The position numbers were made by a program, and so were the translations under genes. The notes under the pieces are model-generated. The model searched no databases. It worked only from the letters and a program-made list of their open reading frames with translations, and was not told the origin of the DNA. From contig CBDCNM010000002.1 of NCBI GenBank assembly GCA_965219385.1, positions 592,639 through 656,638 of the forward strand: a DNA stretch of 64,000 bases. Direction: 5' to 3'. The DNA is from Candidatus Latescibacterota bacterium (GTDB lineage Bacteria > Latescibacterota > UBA2968 > UBA8231). Shown piece after piece: positions 40,476 to 50,351 of the stretch (its first letter is position 1; every line of letters begins with the position of its first letter).

Positions 40476-41492
40476 ATGAAAATTACAGGCATTCAGAATA
40501 TTCCCATCGAGGTGCCTTATTACGAACGCCTCGGTCCCCACATGCAGCGAGTCCGGCAGACGCCCCAATATCCGACCATTCGCACCCACATCTACATTGT
40601 CGAGACCGATGTGGGGCTGACCGGCTACGGCGATGGGCCGAACCTGGGTGCACAGGTCGAAGCCTACATCGGGCACCATCCGGTGGAATACCTCATGGAC
40701 GACGGGGCCAAGGGGGTCCAGATCGCCTGTTACGATCTGGTGGGCAAGTTTCTCGGCGAGCCAGCCCACCGGCTGTACGGCCCCCAGGTGCGCAGCGAGG
40801 TGCTCATGTGCTACTGGACCCACTGTTTTGTACCCGAGATGATGGCGGCCGAAGCCCGACTGGCGCGAGAAAACGGCTTTCAGCTGCACAAGATCAAGGC
40901 TCGTCCCTGGGAGAATACAGTGGAACAGGTCGCCGCCATGGTGGAGGGAGCGCCATCCAGCTACCGCATTGTGGTGGACCCCAACGGCTCCTACGGCCGG
41001 CCCACCGAAGCTCTGCGCATCATCCGCGATCTGGAAGCTTTCCCCCATGTCTGGGCCCTGGAGGAACCCATTTCCTGGGACCAGATCGACGGCTATAAAT
41101 TTCTCAAGAGCCACATCGATTTTCCAATCGCCCTGCACGCCGATATCCCGTCCGTACTCACTGCCGTCCGCGAAGGGCTGTGCGACTATTTTGTCTCGGA
41201 ATTCCACTATTCGGCCAAACTGGTGCAGGACTGCGGCGTGGCCCGGGCCGGTGAAAACAAGGAATTCTGGGTGGAGAATGGCCTGTGGACCGGCATCTCA
41301 CACGCCTTTCAACTGCACCAGGCCGCGGCCATCCCCAATATCTACTTGCTGATCACCCTTTCGGTGCTGGCGGAAGACGATATGATTGTCGAACCCATGA
41401 TCGTGAAAGACGGCCATATGGCCGTGCCAGAAGGTCCTGGACTGGGCGTCACCCTGGACATGGATGCTCTGGAGAAATACCGCGCGGGCTAG
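40476..41492 (+). CDS. Mandelate racemase/muconate lactonizing (enolase superfamily) enzyme
   Basis: ETDVGLTGYG, HKIK, VDPN, LEEP and PEGPGLGV motifs. Confidence 0.85.
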   Translation: MKITGIQNIPIEVPYYERLGPHMQRVRQTPQYPTIRTHIYIVETDVGLTGYGDGPNLGAQVEAYIGHHPVEYLMDDGAKGVQIACYDLVGKFLGEPAHRLYGPQVRSEVLMCYWTHCFVPEMMAAEARLARENGFQLHKIKARPWENTVEQVAAMVEGAPSSYRIVVDPNGSYGRPTEALRIIRDLEAFPHVWALEEPISWDQIDGYKFLKSHIDFPIALHADIPSVLTAVREGLCDYFVSEFHYSAKLVQDCGVARAGENKEFWVENGLWTGISHAFQLHQAAAIPNIYLLITLSVLAEDDMIVEPMIVKDGHMAVPEGPGLGVTLDMDALEKYRAG

Positions 41493-41667
41493 ACCTTAAT
41501 GTATTGGCCTGAATACAGAAGGACCTCCTCCGCTCTCGGTTATCGGGGGTTATCTTTGGACAAACGGAGTTCAACCAAAGACCTATCCCCAGCGAGAAGG
41601 AGGAGGCCATGTCTAAATCTACGAAAATCGTCGCGTTGGGCATACACAAAGATTCGAGTACAGGCTC

Positions 41668-42735
41668 TCAGCGCACCACTACTTGACTCACTTTAACGCG
41701 GCGGGCGCTGCCTTCCGGACCCTGGACGGTGAGCACGACAGTGTATCCCCCGGCTTTTTTGTACTGGTGTATGGGATGCTGATCGGTCGAGGTGGTGCCG
41801 TCGTCAAAATCCCATGACCAGGAGGTGATGGTGCCGTAGGAGCGGTCTTTGAACGCCACCAATCTGCGTTCCATATCCACCACCTGGAATTCCCACTGCG
41901 CTTCGAGCGGCTTGCGGAAGCGGCTTGCGAGCGGCATGAGCCTGAAGGCGCACAAATTCGAGGCGTCCGAGTCCATGCGGGTCTGGTGGGACAGGTTCCA
42001 GAAACCCTCGTACGAGCCGTTGTTTTCGTCGTAGTCGAGCACGGCCCACGATAGTCCGATGATGGCATTTTCCACCAGCCTGGACACGACCGCTCGTCCG
42101 GGGCCCTCGTAGGGGGCGTAATCAAAAGGGGTGATCCAGAATTCGAGCACCAGCCGGCCGCTCTCGCCCTCCTCGAAATGGTAGGCGTAGGCGTGGTTGG
42201 CGTAGGGCAGGTTGCCGATCCACGGCTGGCAGCCCCAGACAAAGACCCAGTCTCGGCCTTGTCCGGGCGGGGTGAAAATGTGGTAATTCTGGGCGTGCAC
42301 GCCCTTGAACGCGAAGTGGCTTTCCCACCGCTCCATCTGGGGGTTGTTTATATTGGGGCCGCCCGAGCGGTCCGCATCGACGGCGACTTCGAAAATGTCG
42401 CCGCGGCGATAGTGCATATTCCAGTAGTCGTCGTAGGCTTCGTAGAGGAAGTAAAGCCGATTCAAGCCGTTGACCCAGCCCACTTGCACCTCGACATCCA
42501 GATCTTCCGGATCGTGGTTGGTGCCCTTGCCCTTGACCGTTTCGGCGAGTTCCCCAATGCCGATTGCGTAGGCTTCGGGGACGATCTCCCAGTCGTCGGT
42601 CTGGCCGTCGATGCGGGGTATCATGTTCGGGGGAAACTGGAAAATCTTGAATTCCTTGTCGGGTCGTTCGAGCGCTTGTGAGGGGGAAATGGTCAATAGA
42701 GCTAGACCCAGGAGTCCGGCCAGGATTCGGATCAT
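41668..42735 (-). CDS. Secreted PKD-domain protein
   Basis: Signal peptide; C-terminal WSWDFDDGTTSTDQHPIHQY..GYTVVLTV. Confidence 0.8.
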   Translation of the reverse strand: MIRILAGLLGLALLTISPSQALERPDKEFKIFQFPPNMIPRIDGQTDDWEIVPEAYAIGIGELAETVKGKGTNHDPEDLDVEVQVGWVNGLNRLYFLYEAYDDYWNMHYRRGDIFEVAVDADRSGGPNINNPQMERWESHFAFKGVHAQNYHIFTPPGQGRDWVFVWGCQPWIGNLPYANHAYAYHFEEGESGRLVLEFWITPFDYAPYEGPGRAVVSRLVENAIIGLSWAVLDYDENNGSYEGFWNLSHQTRMDSDASNLCAFRLMPLASRFRKPLEAQWEFQVVDMERRLVAFKDRSYGTITSWSWDFDDGTTSTDQHPIHQYKKAGGYTVVLTVQGPEGSARRVKVSQVVVR

Positions 42736-42944
42736 TGCGGCACATCCTTTAAAAAAGCTTCTCAGAGGGTTTTGAATACATTTCGTTTGAATATAGCAGG
42801 GACACGGTCCATCCATTTGCTGCCCCGTCTGCGGCGTTATACTTATTTTCAGTACTTCACTTTTAGGATACCAGCGAGGCCCAGGTTGTCATCGCTCGTT
42901 CCGCCACAGCGGTCTCACAAAGAAATTCAACCAGGGGGCGATAT

Positions 42945-44789
42945 TCAGGTGGACGCACCCGTCTTCGACCCGTTCTGGGCCTGGTTGATGGCCCGGTCGA
43001 TTTTTTCGTACCAGGGATCCGCCACGCGGCCCTGGTACCTGCCGTCGTTGAAGTAGGCGCCTTTGGGCATCCAGCGGTCTTCGAGAATGGCCTGGCGGTA
43101 AGCCCTTTGGAGGCGGGGTTTGAGTTTGCCCAGTTCGGCGGCCTGGTGGCGGGCTGCCGGGCCGGGGGGCATGGATAGGATTTCGTCGGCGGTGTGCCAG
43201 CCCCGGATGAGGGTGGCGGGAAAGTCGAACCAGCGGCGGATGTAGTCGATTCTCAGGCGGACGAGCGGGTCGCGCGAGGCCTTGCGGGCGCGGGCGAGGA
43301 GGGTTTCGAGCTCGTCGACGTCGTCCAGGGTGAAGCAGGGAACCTGGTCGTGGAGGCCGCTCAGACCCTGGAACCAGCGGCCTGGCCGGGGGCGTTGCCA
43401 GATGGCTTCGAGGCGGTCGTAGAAGGCCCTCACGGCGCCGGCCGCCTTGTGGAAGAGCCGGTGGAAAAACTCGTCCAGGAGCCCTTCCACATCCTGGTCC
43501 GAGTCCCACCAGAGCCTGGAGGCCAGCCAGATCTGGGGGCCGAAGCCGGGCCAGTGGGGATAGGCCTCGGCGTAGAAGCCTTTGACGCCGGTGCGGTGCT
43601 GGAATTTGATATCCTCGGCCAGCAGGTGGGGGAAGAAACGGGGCAGGACCCAGCCTAGGCCGTAGTAGTCGTACTTGCAGACGTGGTCGCATTGCCTGCT
43701 CCAGGCGCGGATGAACTCGCGGTCCTCGTCGCGGTACGCAGGGTCGAAGTGCTGGGCGGTGTCCTGGGTGAGGAAGATGGCGACGTTGGGCTCCAGATGG
43801 TCGATGGTCTGGGGGGGCGATTCCACGTTGATGTAGGCCAGGCAGCCGACGAACTTTCCCGGGTGGGAAGCCTGCAAAGCGCGGGCCACCGCGTCGATGT
43901 AGGTGAACCACCGGTCGGAGTAGACCGGACGGTCGCGAAAGACCAGGCCGGGCACGTCGAGCGCCCGGCAATTGTCGCACTGGCAAAAATTCGCGTTGTC
44001 GTTCATGCCCAAAGAGAAGCAGTGGGCCTCGGGGTTGGTCTCGAAGTAGCGGCGCGCGGCCTGGATGGTAAGGTCGACGACCGCGGGATTGCTGGTGCAG
44101 GGTTGGCCGAAGAGGGCGTTGCTTTCGGCATCGCTGGCGGGAATGAGGCGCTGGCCGTCTATGAGGGCGTAGTACTCGGGATGGGTCCGGCCGTAGCGGG
44201 CGACCGGGAAGATGCTGTAGAGGGCGTGGTGGAAGCCGGCGTAGGGCAATTGCGGCCGGCGGCGGCTGATCCGGTTGCGGCGCTCCCACTCGGCTCCCTC
44301 CAGACCGGAGATGCCGCTGAATTCGCGGTGGAGGAAATGGGGTCGCTTTTCCTCGTTTACCGGGGCCAGCCGCAGGGTGGTTTGCACGGGGATGTCGGCG
44401 AAGGGTTCTCCGGGCATGAAAAAGCGGACGCCGAGGTGGTCTTCGAGCAGCCCGTACACGCCGTAGACCGTGCCGGAGTCGCTGCCGCCCAGGATGAAGA
44501 GGTCTCTGCCGGAGGTGGCCAGGCGGTAGCCCTCGACGCCCACGTCTCCGGCGTCCAGCCCCAGGGATTGGGCATATGCGGTGGCACCCAGGTGGAGGGC
44601 GGTGCTGCCCCGGGGGGCGGGTTTGCCGTCGTCCGCTCTCAGCGGAGGAGCCAGGCCGATGATTTTTTCGAGGATGGCCTGCAGGTCCATGGCCGCTTCG
44701 CGGAAAATTTCTCCGGCCTCCTGGGGCAGGACGATGGCGGTTTTGGGCGCGCCTTTATGAGCCAGGGTGAAGGTCTTGGAAGGGGCCAT
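42945..44789 (-). CDS. DUF4838-like glycoside hydrolase-related protein
   Basis: GTVYGVYGLLEDHLGVRFF, HPEYYAL, QPCTSNP and MNDNANFCQCDNC motifs. Confidence 0.75.
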   Translation of the reverse strand: MAPSKTFTLAHKGAPKTAIVLPQEAGEIFREAAMDLQAILEKIIGLAPPLRADDGKPAPRGSTALHLGATAYAQSLGLDAGDVGVEGYRLATSGRDLFILGGSDSGTVYGVYGLLEDHLGVRFFMPGEPFADIPVQTTLRLAPVNEEKRPHFLHREFSGISGLEGAEWERRNRISRRRPQLPYAGFHHALYSIFPVARYGRTHPEYYALIDGQRLIPASDAESNALFGQPCTSNPAVVDLTIQAARRYFETNPEAHCFSLGMNDNANFCQCDNCRALDVPGLVFRDRPVYSDRWFTYIDAVARALQASHPGKFVGCLAYINVESPPQTIDHLEPNVAIFLTQDTAQHFDPAYRDEDREFIRAWSRQCDHVCKYDYYGLGWVLPRFFPHLLAEDIKFQHRTGVKGFYAEAYPHWPGFGPQIWLASRLWWDSDQDVEGLLDEFFHRLFHKAAGAVRAFYDRLEAIWQRPRPGRWFQGLSGLHDQVPCFTLDDVDELETLLARARKASRDPLVRLRIDYIRRWFDFPATLIRGWHTADEILSMPPGPAARHQAAELGKLKPRLQRAYRQAILEDRWMPKGAYFNDGRYQGRVADPWYEKIDRAINQAQNGSKTGAST

Positions 44790-44936
44790 TTCAGTGCCTC
44801 CTTTATCGCTTTTCCGTTTTTAGCCGGAATTCTGTTTCGTTTGCCGCGCCGGCCCGGCGATTTGCATCTTGCTCGCCAGGGAGAAATACGGCATAATTAT
44901 CCCCCGAGGCAACCCTTACGCAAGAAAGGCGACAAC

Positions 44937-46079
44937 ATGAAAATCACTGCCATCAAAACCTGCATGGGGCTATTCAGCGGCCGCAACCGCGGCCTGATCA
45001 AGGTCGAGACCGACGAGGGCATCCACGGCTGGGGCGAAGCGTATTCCATTGGTCCCGACCTCTCGATAGAACCCATCGCCGACTACATCTTCGAAATGAT
45101 CAAGGGCGAAGACCCCCGCCGCATCGAATACATCATGCTCAAGCTCACCCAGCAATTCCGCTTTCCCCCCGGCGGCACCGGCCTGGCCGTGAGTTCGGCG
45201 GTCGACCACGCCCTGTGGGATATCTCCGGCAAGGCCGCCGGCCTGCCGGTCTACATGCTTCTGGGCGGCGCCTGCCGGGACCGCATCCGGGTGTACCAGG
45301 GCGCGGGTGGCCGCGACGGCAAGGAGGCGGCCGACAGCGCCCGGCGCCTGAACGAAGAGTGGGGTTTCACAGCCTTCAAGACCAGTCCTTTCCGCCTCGA
45401 CCCGGACGCCGACCGCTGGGGCCGCATTTGCGCGGAGGCGGCCAAATACTTCGAAGAGATTCGCCGGCACGCGCCCGAGAACTTTGAATTCGCCTTCGAC
45501 CCCCACGCCAAGATCTTCGAGCCCGTCCGCGCCCTGCAGCTGGCCAATGCCCTGGCGCCCTACGACCCCTACTTCTACGAGGAGCCTCTACGCCCCGAGC
45601 ACACCCCCGCCTGGGCCAAACTGCGCCAGCAGATGCAGATTCCTCTGGCCACCGGTGAGTGCCTCTACACCCGTTGGGAGTTTCTGGATCTGATGGCGGC
45701 CCAGGCCGCCGACATCATCCAGCCGGACGTGTGCGTCTGCGGCGGCCTGCTCGAAATGCGCAAAATCGCCGCCATTGCCGAGGCCCACTACGTCACCGTA
45801 GCGCCGCACAACCCCATGGGGCCGGTGGCCACTGCGGTCAACGTGCACTTTGCCGCGGCCACTCCCAACTTCAAGGTCCTGGAATACATCTCGCCCTTGA
45901 ACAATGAGTGGAAGGACTGGGTGGACGAGCCCTACCTGCCCAGGGACGGCTATCTCGAATTGCGCGACCAGCCAGGGTTGGGCATCGATGTAAACGAAGA
46001 CGCCATAAGCGAAGACAGGTACGTCCACTGGCAGCGCACCTGCCCGGTCCGGCCGGACGGCTCGACCGGGTACATTTAG
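44937..46079 (+). CDS. Galactonate dehydratase-like enolase-superfamily enzyme
   Basis: MKITAIK, ETDEGIHGWGE, HALWDISGK, FYEEP, ATGE, IIQPD and APHNP motifs. Confidence 0.9.
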   Translation: MKITAIKTCMGLFSGRNRGLIKVETDEGIHGWGEAYSIGPDLSIEPIADYIFEMIKGEDPRRIEYIMLKLTQQFRFPPGGTGLAVSSAVDHALWDISGKAAGLPVYMLLGGACRDRIRVYQGAGGRDGKEAADSARRLNEEWGFTAFKTSPFRLDPDADRWGRICAEAAKYFEEIRRHAPENFEFAFDPHAKIFEPVRALQLANALAPYDPYFYEEPLRPEHTPAWAKLRQQMQIPLATGECLYTRWEFLDLMAAQAADIIQPDVCVCGGLLEMRKIAAIAEAHYVTVAPHNPMGPVATAVNVHFAAATPNFKVLEYISPLNNEWKDWVDEPYLPRDGYLELRDQPGLGIDVNEDAISEDRYVHWQRTCPVRPDGSTGYI

Positions 46080-46145
46080 CTTGCAGCCCACCCCACCCTG
46101 CCGGCAACATCCCCTCCCGGCCTTGACTGAATACCAAGGGCAGGA

Positions 46146-47111
46146 TCATATATAGTTTCCCTTCTTTTTGCGCTCCCAGCCACTCGTCTTCCAGACCTGA
46201 CCTGGCGCCTGGTGGTCCTCGTCTCTGGGGGGCAGCAACCGGCGCAGGTGCCGGCACCCATACGCCAGCCCCGCCAGCCCCGGCATGCCATTGTCCTCGT
46301 TCTCCACGCACAGCACGTAGTCGTAACCCGACTCCACCAGCGCCCCGATGATGGTCGCCCAGTTCAACTGACCGCGGCCCGGGACCCGGTACTGCCACCA
46401 CCAGTTGCCGATGATGCCCTGCCGGTAGAGCATGCGCGAACTGATCTCGCAATCCTTCACATCGGCGTAGTACCACTTGCCGGCGTAGTCGCGGATCACG
46501 TCCTCGACCGGCAGAATCATCAGCCACAACCAGTGCGATGGATCGCAGGACAACCCCAGGTGATCCGAGGGCACGGCATCGAGGATTTTCTCCCACATCT
46601 CCGGGTTGCAGCCGATATTGCCCATGCGCACCGCCACGTCCAGGGCGATCTTTGTATCGTGGTCTTCGGCCACCTCGACCACGGGCGCGAACATTTCCCT
46701 GAAGCGCTCCACCAGCTCGTCCGAGCGATCGCCCGGATTGCCCGGAGGCTGGGAGTACATGCCGTAGAACTGCCCGTTCTTCACCGGGGCCCCGCTGCCC
46801 GTGATCACCACCGGACATTGTAGGGCGCGGGCCGATTTGATGGCCTTGATCAGGCGCGTCTGTTCGGCCCGGCGCACCTTGGGATCGTCGTCCAGCAAGT
46901 TGCAGTGCGAGCTTATGCAGGCCAGGTACTGATCGTACCTGGCCAGGGTCTCCCTGACTTCGTCCGGCCCTTCCTCGAGGATCCGGTCCGAATCCAGGAC
47001 CCCATTGTCGCTCAAGCGCACGCAATCAAAGTCGTGCTCCCGCGCCCATCGGGCGCACTCTTCCAGACTCCAGCCTCCGCCTCCCGCACCGGTCTGAAAA
47101 CTGATGTCCAT
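46146..47111 (-). CDS. Sugar phosphate isomerase/epimerase (xylose isomerase-like TIM barrel)
   Basis: GLSCDPSH, VKD, RVPGRGQLNW and VENED motifs. Confidence 0.85.
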   Translation of the reverse strand: MDISFQTGAGGGGWSLEECARWAREHDFDCVRLSDNGVLDSDRILEEGPDEVRETLARYDQYLACISSHCNLLDDDPKVRRAEQTRLIKAIKSARALQCPVVITGSGAPVKNGQFYGMYSQPPGNPGDRSDELVERFREMFAPVVEVAEDHDTKIALDVAVRMGNIGCNPEMWEKILDAVPSDHLGLSCDPSHWLWLMILPVEDVIRDYAGKWYYADVKDCEISSRMLYRQGIIGNWWWQYRVPGRGQLNWATIIGALVESGYDYVLCVENEDNGMPGLAGLAYGCRHLRRLLPPRDEDHQAPGQVWKTSGWERKKKGNYI

Positions 47112-47166
47112 GAGTCCCTCCTTCTTGAAATTGTGAACGCTCTGCCTTAGATTCTGTGCCGTCTAA

Positions 47167-47281
47167 GAAGCCGTCTCAAAACCCCCGTCAGCCTTCGCCC
47201 GCCTTGTCCGCTGCTTTTGCCTGCCACAAGGCAGCCAATGCGCTCGGGCTCGGGGCGCACCAGGAATTTTGCAAAGGCTGC
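47167..47281. mobile_element. MITE with IS5-like terminal IRs, copy 2
   Basis: Ends GAAGCCGTCTCAAAA / TTTTGCAAAGGCTGC; TAA duplicated on both sides; related to 11944-12032. Confidence 0.72.
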
Positions 47282-47301
47282 TAAAAAAGAAAGCGCTTAT
47301 C

Positions 47302-48531
47302 ATGGCCTTGATCAACGAGCACTACCTCAAACTCAAAGCCGGCTATCTCTTTCCCGAGATCGCCCAGCGCGTCAATGCCTTTGCCGCTGCCCATCCCGAA
47401 GTCAGGGTCATTCGCCTGGGAATCGGCGACGTGGTCAAGGGGATTCCCAGGGTCATCGTCGACGCCATGAAAGACGCGGTCGAGGAAATGGCTCACGACG
47501 AGACCTTCCAGGGCTACCCGCCGGACCAGGGTCGCGACTCTTTGCGCCGGGCCGTGGTCGAGCGCGACTTCAAAACTCGAGGGGTGGACATCGACCCGGA
47601 CGAAGTCTTTGTCTCGGACGGCTCCAAGTGCGACTCGGCCAATATCCAGGAGATCTTCGGCCTGGGGAATACCGTGGCCCTGACCGATCCGGTCTATCCG
47701 GTCTACTGTGACACCAACGTCATGGCCGGACGTAGCGGCCCGGCCGACGACACGGGCCGCTACGCCGGCCTGGTCTATCTGCCCTGCACCGCTGAAACCG
47801 GCTTCCTGCCGCCCCTGCCGGAGGGGCGCGTAGACCTGATCTACCTGTGCTCGCCCAACAACCCCACCGGTGCCGTAATGACCCGCCAGACCCTGGCGGA
47901 ATGGGTGGACTACGCCCGCGCCGAAAAGGCCGTCATCCTCTTCGACGCAGCCTACGAGGGGTATATCTCCAACCCGGATATCCCCCACTCCATCTACGAA
48001 ATAGACGGGGCGCGCCAGGTCGCCATCGAGTTCCGCAGCTTCTCCAAAAACGCCGGTTTCACCGGCATCCGCTGCGCCTTCACCATCGTGCCCGGCGAGC
48101 TCAAAGGATATGCCGGCAACGGTGAGGCCGTGGACCTCCACCGGCTGTGGGCCCGGCGTCATTCCACCAAGTTCAACGGGGTATCCTACCCGGTACAGCA
48201 AGGCGCCCTAACTTCCTACTCCCCGGAAGGCCGCAAGGCCGTGGGCGAACTGATTGGATTCTACATGGACAACGCCCGCCTCATGCGCACCAGACTCACA
48301 GCCGCAGGCCTGACCGTGTACGGCGGCGACAATGCACCCTATCTGTGGTTGGAGACCCCGGAAGGACAGGACAGCTGGTCCTTTTTCGACACCTTGCTGC
48401 AACAGGCCCACGTGGTCGGCACCCCGGGCGCCGGCTTCGGCGCCGCCGGAGAAGGCTACTTCCGCCTCTCGGCCTTCAACCACCGCGATGCCGTTGAGGA
48501 GGCCTTGGACCGCATCGGCCAACTTGGCTAG
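47302..48531 (+). CDS. dapL: LL-diaminopimelate aminotransferase
   Basis: [42 protein letters not shown] and TKFNGVSY motifs. Confidence 0.95.
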   Translation: MALINEHYLKLKAGYLFPEIAQRVNAFAAAHPEVRVIRLGIGDVVKGIPRVIVDAMKDAVEEMAHDETFQGYPPDQGRDSLRRAVVERDFKTRGVDIDPDEVFVSDGSKCDSANIQEIFGLGNTVALTDPVYPVYCDTNVMAGRSGPADDTGRYAGLVYLPCTAETGFLPPLPEGRVDLIYLCSPNNPTGAVMTRQTLAEWVDYARAEKAVILFDAAYEGYISNPDIPHSIYEIDGARQVAIEFRSFSKNAGFTGIRCAFTIVPGELKGYAGNGEAVDLHRLWARRHSTKFNGVSYPVQQGALTSYSPEGRKAVGELIGFYMDNARLMRTRLTAAGLTVYGGDNAPYLWLETPEGQDSWSFFDTLLQQAHVVGTPGAGFGAAGEGYFRLSAFNHRDAVEEALDRIGQLG

Positions 48532-48582
48532 AGGCTCCATGCTTCCAAGACGCGCCAAGAGTGATATTTCCGTAAAATAGCG

Positions 48583-48664
48583 TTGACATTCCTGTAACAT
48601 TAATTAATTTCTATACATATATTGAAGGATTGACATATATAAATTATATATAAATTATACAATC
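48583..48664 (+). promoter_or_regulatory. AT-rich promoter/operator region with two TTGACA boxes and a tandem 11-bp repeat
   Basis: TTGACA at 48583 and 48630; ATATATAAATT x2 at 48635-48656. Confidence 0.6.
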
Positions 48665-48883
48665 ATGCCCGGTGAAAAGACCAGAAAGAGCAACAGAGCC
48701 AGGGTTCGCACCTTTTCGGCTACCGCCAAAGACGACGAGATGCTGAGTGCCATCGCCCACTACCACGGCGCCAGCAAGAGCGCCATGATCACCGGTCTCG
48801 TCCGCAAGGAATTCTGGCGCATCTTTCCCAACGGCACCGAGACCATCCCCCCCGATGAAGGAGTTGTGACAAACCATGAGTGA
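48665..48883 (+). CDS. Small ribbon-helix-helix (CopG/MetJ-like) DNA-binding protein
   Basis: RVRTFSA (strand) - DDEMLSAIAHYH - G - SKSAMITGLVRKE (helix-G-S-helix). Overlaps the nadA start. Confidence 0.6.
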   Translation: MPGEKTRKSNRARVRTFSATAKDDEMLSAIAHYHGASKSAMITGLVRKEFWRIFPNGTETIPPDEGVVTNHE

Positions 48884-49868
48884 GGTTCAAACCCCCGCAT
48901 CGATGACCAGTGGGGCCTATCACCACTACGATCTGCCCCGGGAAGAATTGATTGATCAGATCAACCGTTTGCGGCGCGAGAAAAACGCCGTCATCCTGGC
49001 CCACAACTACCAGGTCCCCGAAGTCCAGGATATCGCCGATTTCACCGGTGATTCCCTGGGGCTCTCGCTCGAAGCCACCCGCACCGATGCCAACATCATC
49101 GCCTTTTGCGGGGTGCACTTCATGGCCGAGTCCGCCAAGATCCTCAACCCGGAGAAGCGAGTCCTGTTGCCCCATCTGGGCGCTGGTTGCTCCCTGGCCG
49201 ACTCCATCACGCCCGAAACCCTGGACGATTGGAAGGCGGAGTACCCGGACCATACCGTGGTCACCTACATCAACTCCTCGGCCGAAGTCAAGGCCGAATC
49301 CTACATTTGCTGTACCTCGGCCAATGCCGTCTCCGTGGTCCGCAGCCTGGACTCCGACCGGGTTCTCTTCACTCCCGACCGCAACCTGGGCCGCTGGGTG
49401 GCCGAACAGGTAGCGGAAAAGCAGATCGCCATCTACGACGGGGTCTGTCCCACCCACGATGTGCTGCGCAGTGCCAGCGTCGAACGCACCCACAACCAGC
49501 ACCCGGAAGCCATCATCATCGCCCACCCGGAGTGTCGCCAGGACGTGGTCGAGGTGGCCCACGAGGTCTGCTCCACCACCGGCATGCTGGCGGCCATCGA
49601 GAAGTACCCGGAGGCCAGCACCTTCATCATCGCCACCGAGCACGGCATGCTGCACCAGATGAAAAAGCGCTTTCCCGACAAGGAATTCATCCCGGCCGAC
49701 GGCTGTATAGGCTGTCGCCTCCACTGTCCCTACATGAAGGTGACCGGTCTGCAGGACCTCTACTTTGCCCTCGACGAGGAGCGCTACGAAATCACCCTGG
49801 ACCAGGAAGTCATCAACGGGGCCCGCGCGGCGCTGGAACGCATGATGGCGGTGCCGCGGGATAACTAA
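48876..49868 (+). CDS. nadA: Quinolinate synthase
   Basis: ILAHNYQ, FCGVHFMAESAKIL, GCSLAD, YINSSA, AHPEC and CPYMK motifs. Confidence 0.96.
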   Translation: MSEVQTPASMTSGAYHHYDLPREELIDQINRLRREKNAVILAHNYQVPEVQDIADFTGDSLGLSLEATRTDANIIAFCGVHFMAESAKILNPEKRVLLPHLGAGCSLADSITPETLDDWKAEYPDHTVVTYINSSAEVKAESYICCTSANAVSVVRSLDSDRVLFTPDRNLGRWVAEQVAEKQIAIYDGVCPTHDVLRSASVERTHNQHPEAIIIAHPECRQDVVEVAHEVCSTTGMLAAIEKYPEASTFIIATEHGMLHQMKKRFPDKEFIPADGCIGCRLHCPYMKVTGLQDLYFALDEERYEITLDQEVINGARAALERMMAVPRDN

Positions 49869-49943
49869 AACCAATACCGTTTAATTAAGCAGTTTCACCG
49901 AGACCCTTGAGGCGCGTGGGGGGTGGTTCCGAAGCGGATTCCA

Positions 49944-50192
49944 CTAGCCCAGTTGCTCGGCCACGCTGTAGATCCGCGGATCCTCCAGGAGTGAGGCCAT
50001 AAACAGGGTCTCCGGCCCCATCGTGGTGGTCACCTGCTTTTTGGTTCCGTCGAAAGGTTTGTGGGCATAGTCCGCATCCAGAGCCCGTTCCAACTCGTCA
50101 GCGCATACGGAAATCTCGTCGAGGCTCAGGACCTGCCGGATGACGACGAAGCCGAACGCCTTGTAGTGTGCTACCTGATGTTCTGAAAGCAT
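49944..50192 (-). pseudogene. N-terminal fragment of a phytanoyl-CoA dioxygenase-family protein
   Basis: MLSEHQVAHYKAFGFVVIRQVLS is a typical PhyH start; stops at 82 aa. Confidence 0.7.
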
Positions 50193-50351
50193 GATCGCCT
50201 CCGTTTATCGCCGCGCGGTGTACCGAATCGCCACTGTGCGATACCGAAGCTACGACGATAAGAAAACAGGCATTGCCTGGAAATGGCAAGTCGGGAAAGC
50301 GATCCGCAGGTGGAAAATCGTCCGACCCATCCCCAACTGAAGAGGAGCCAT

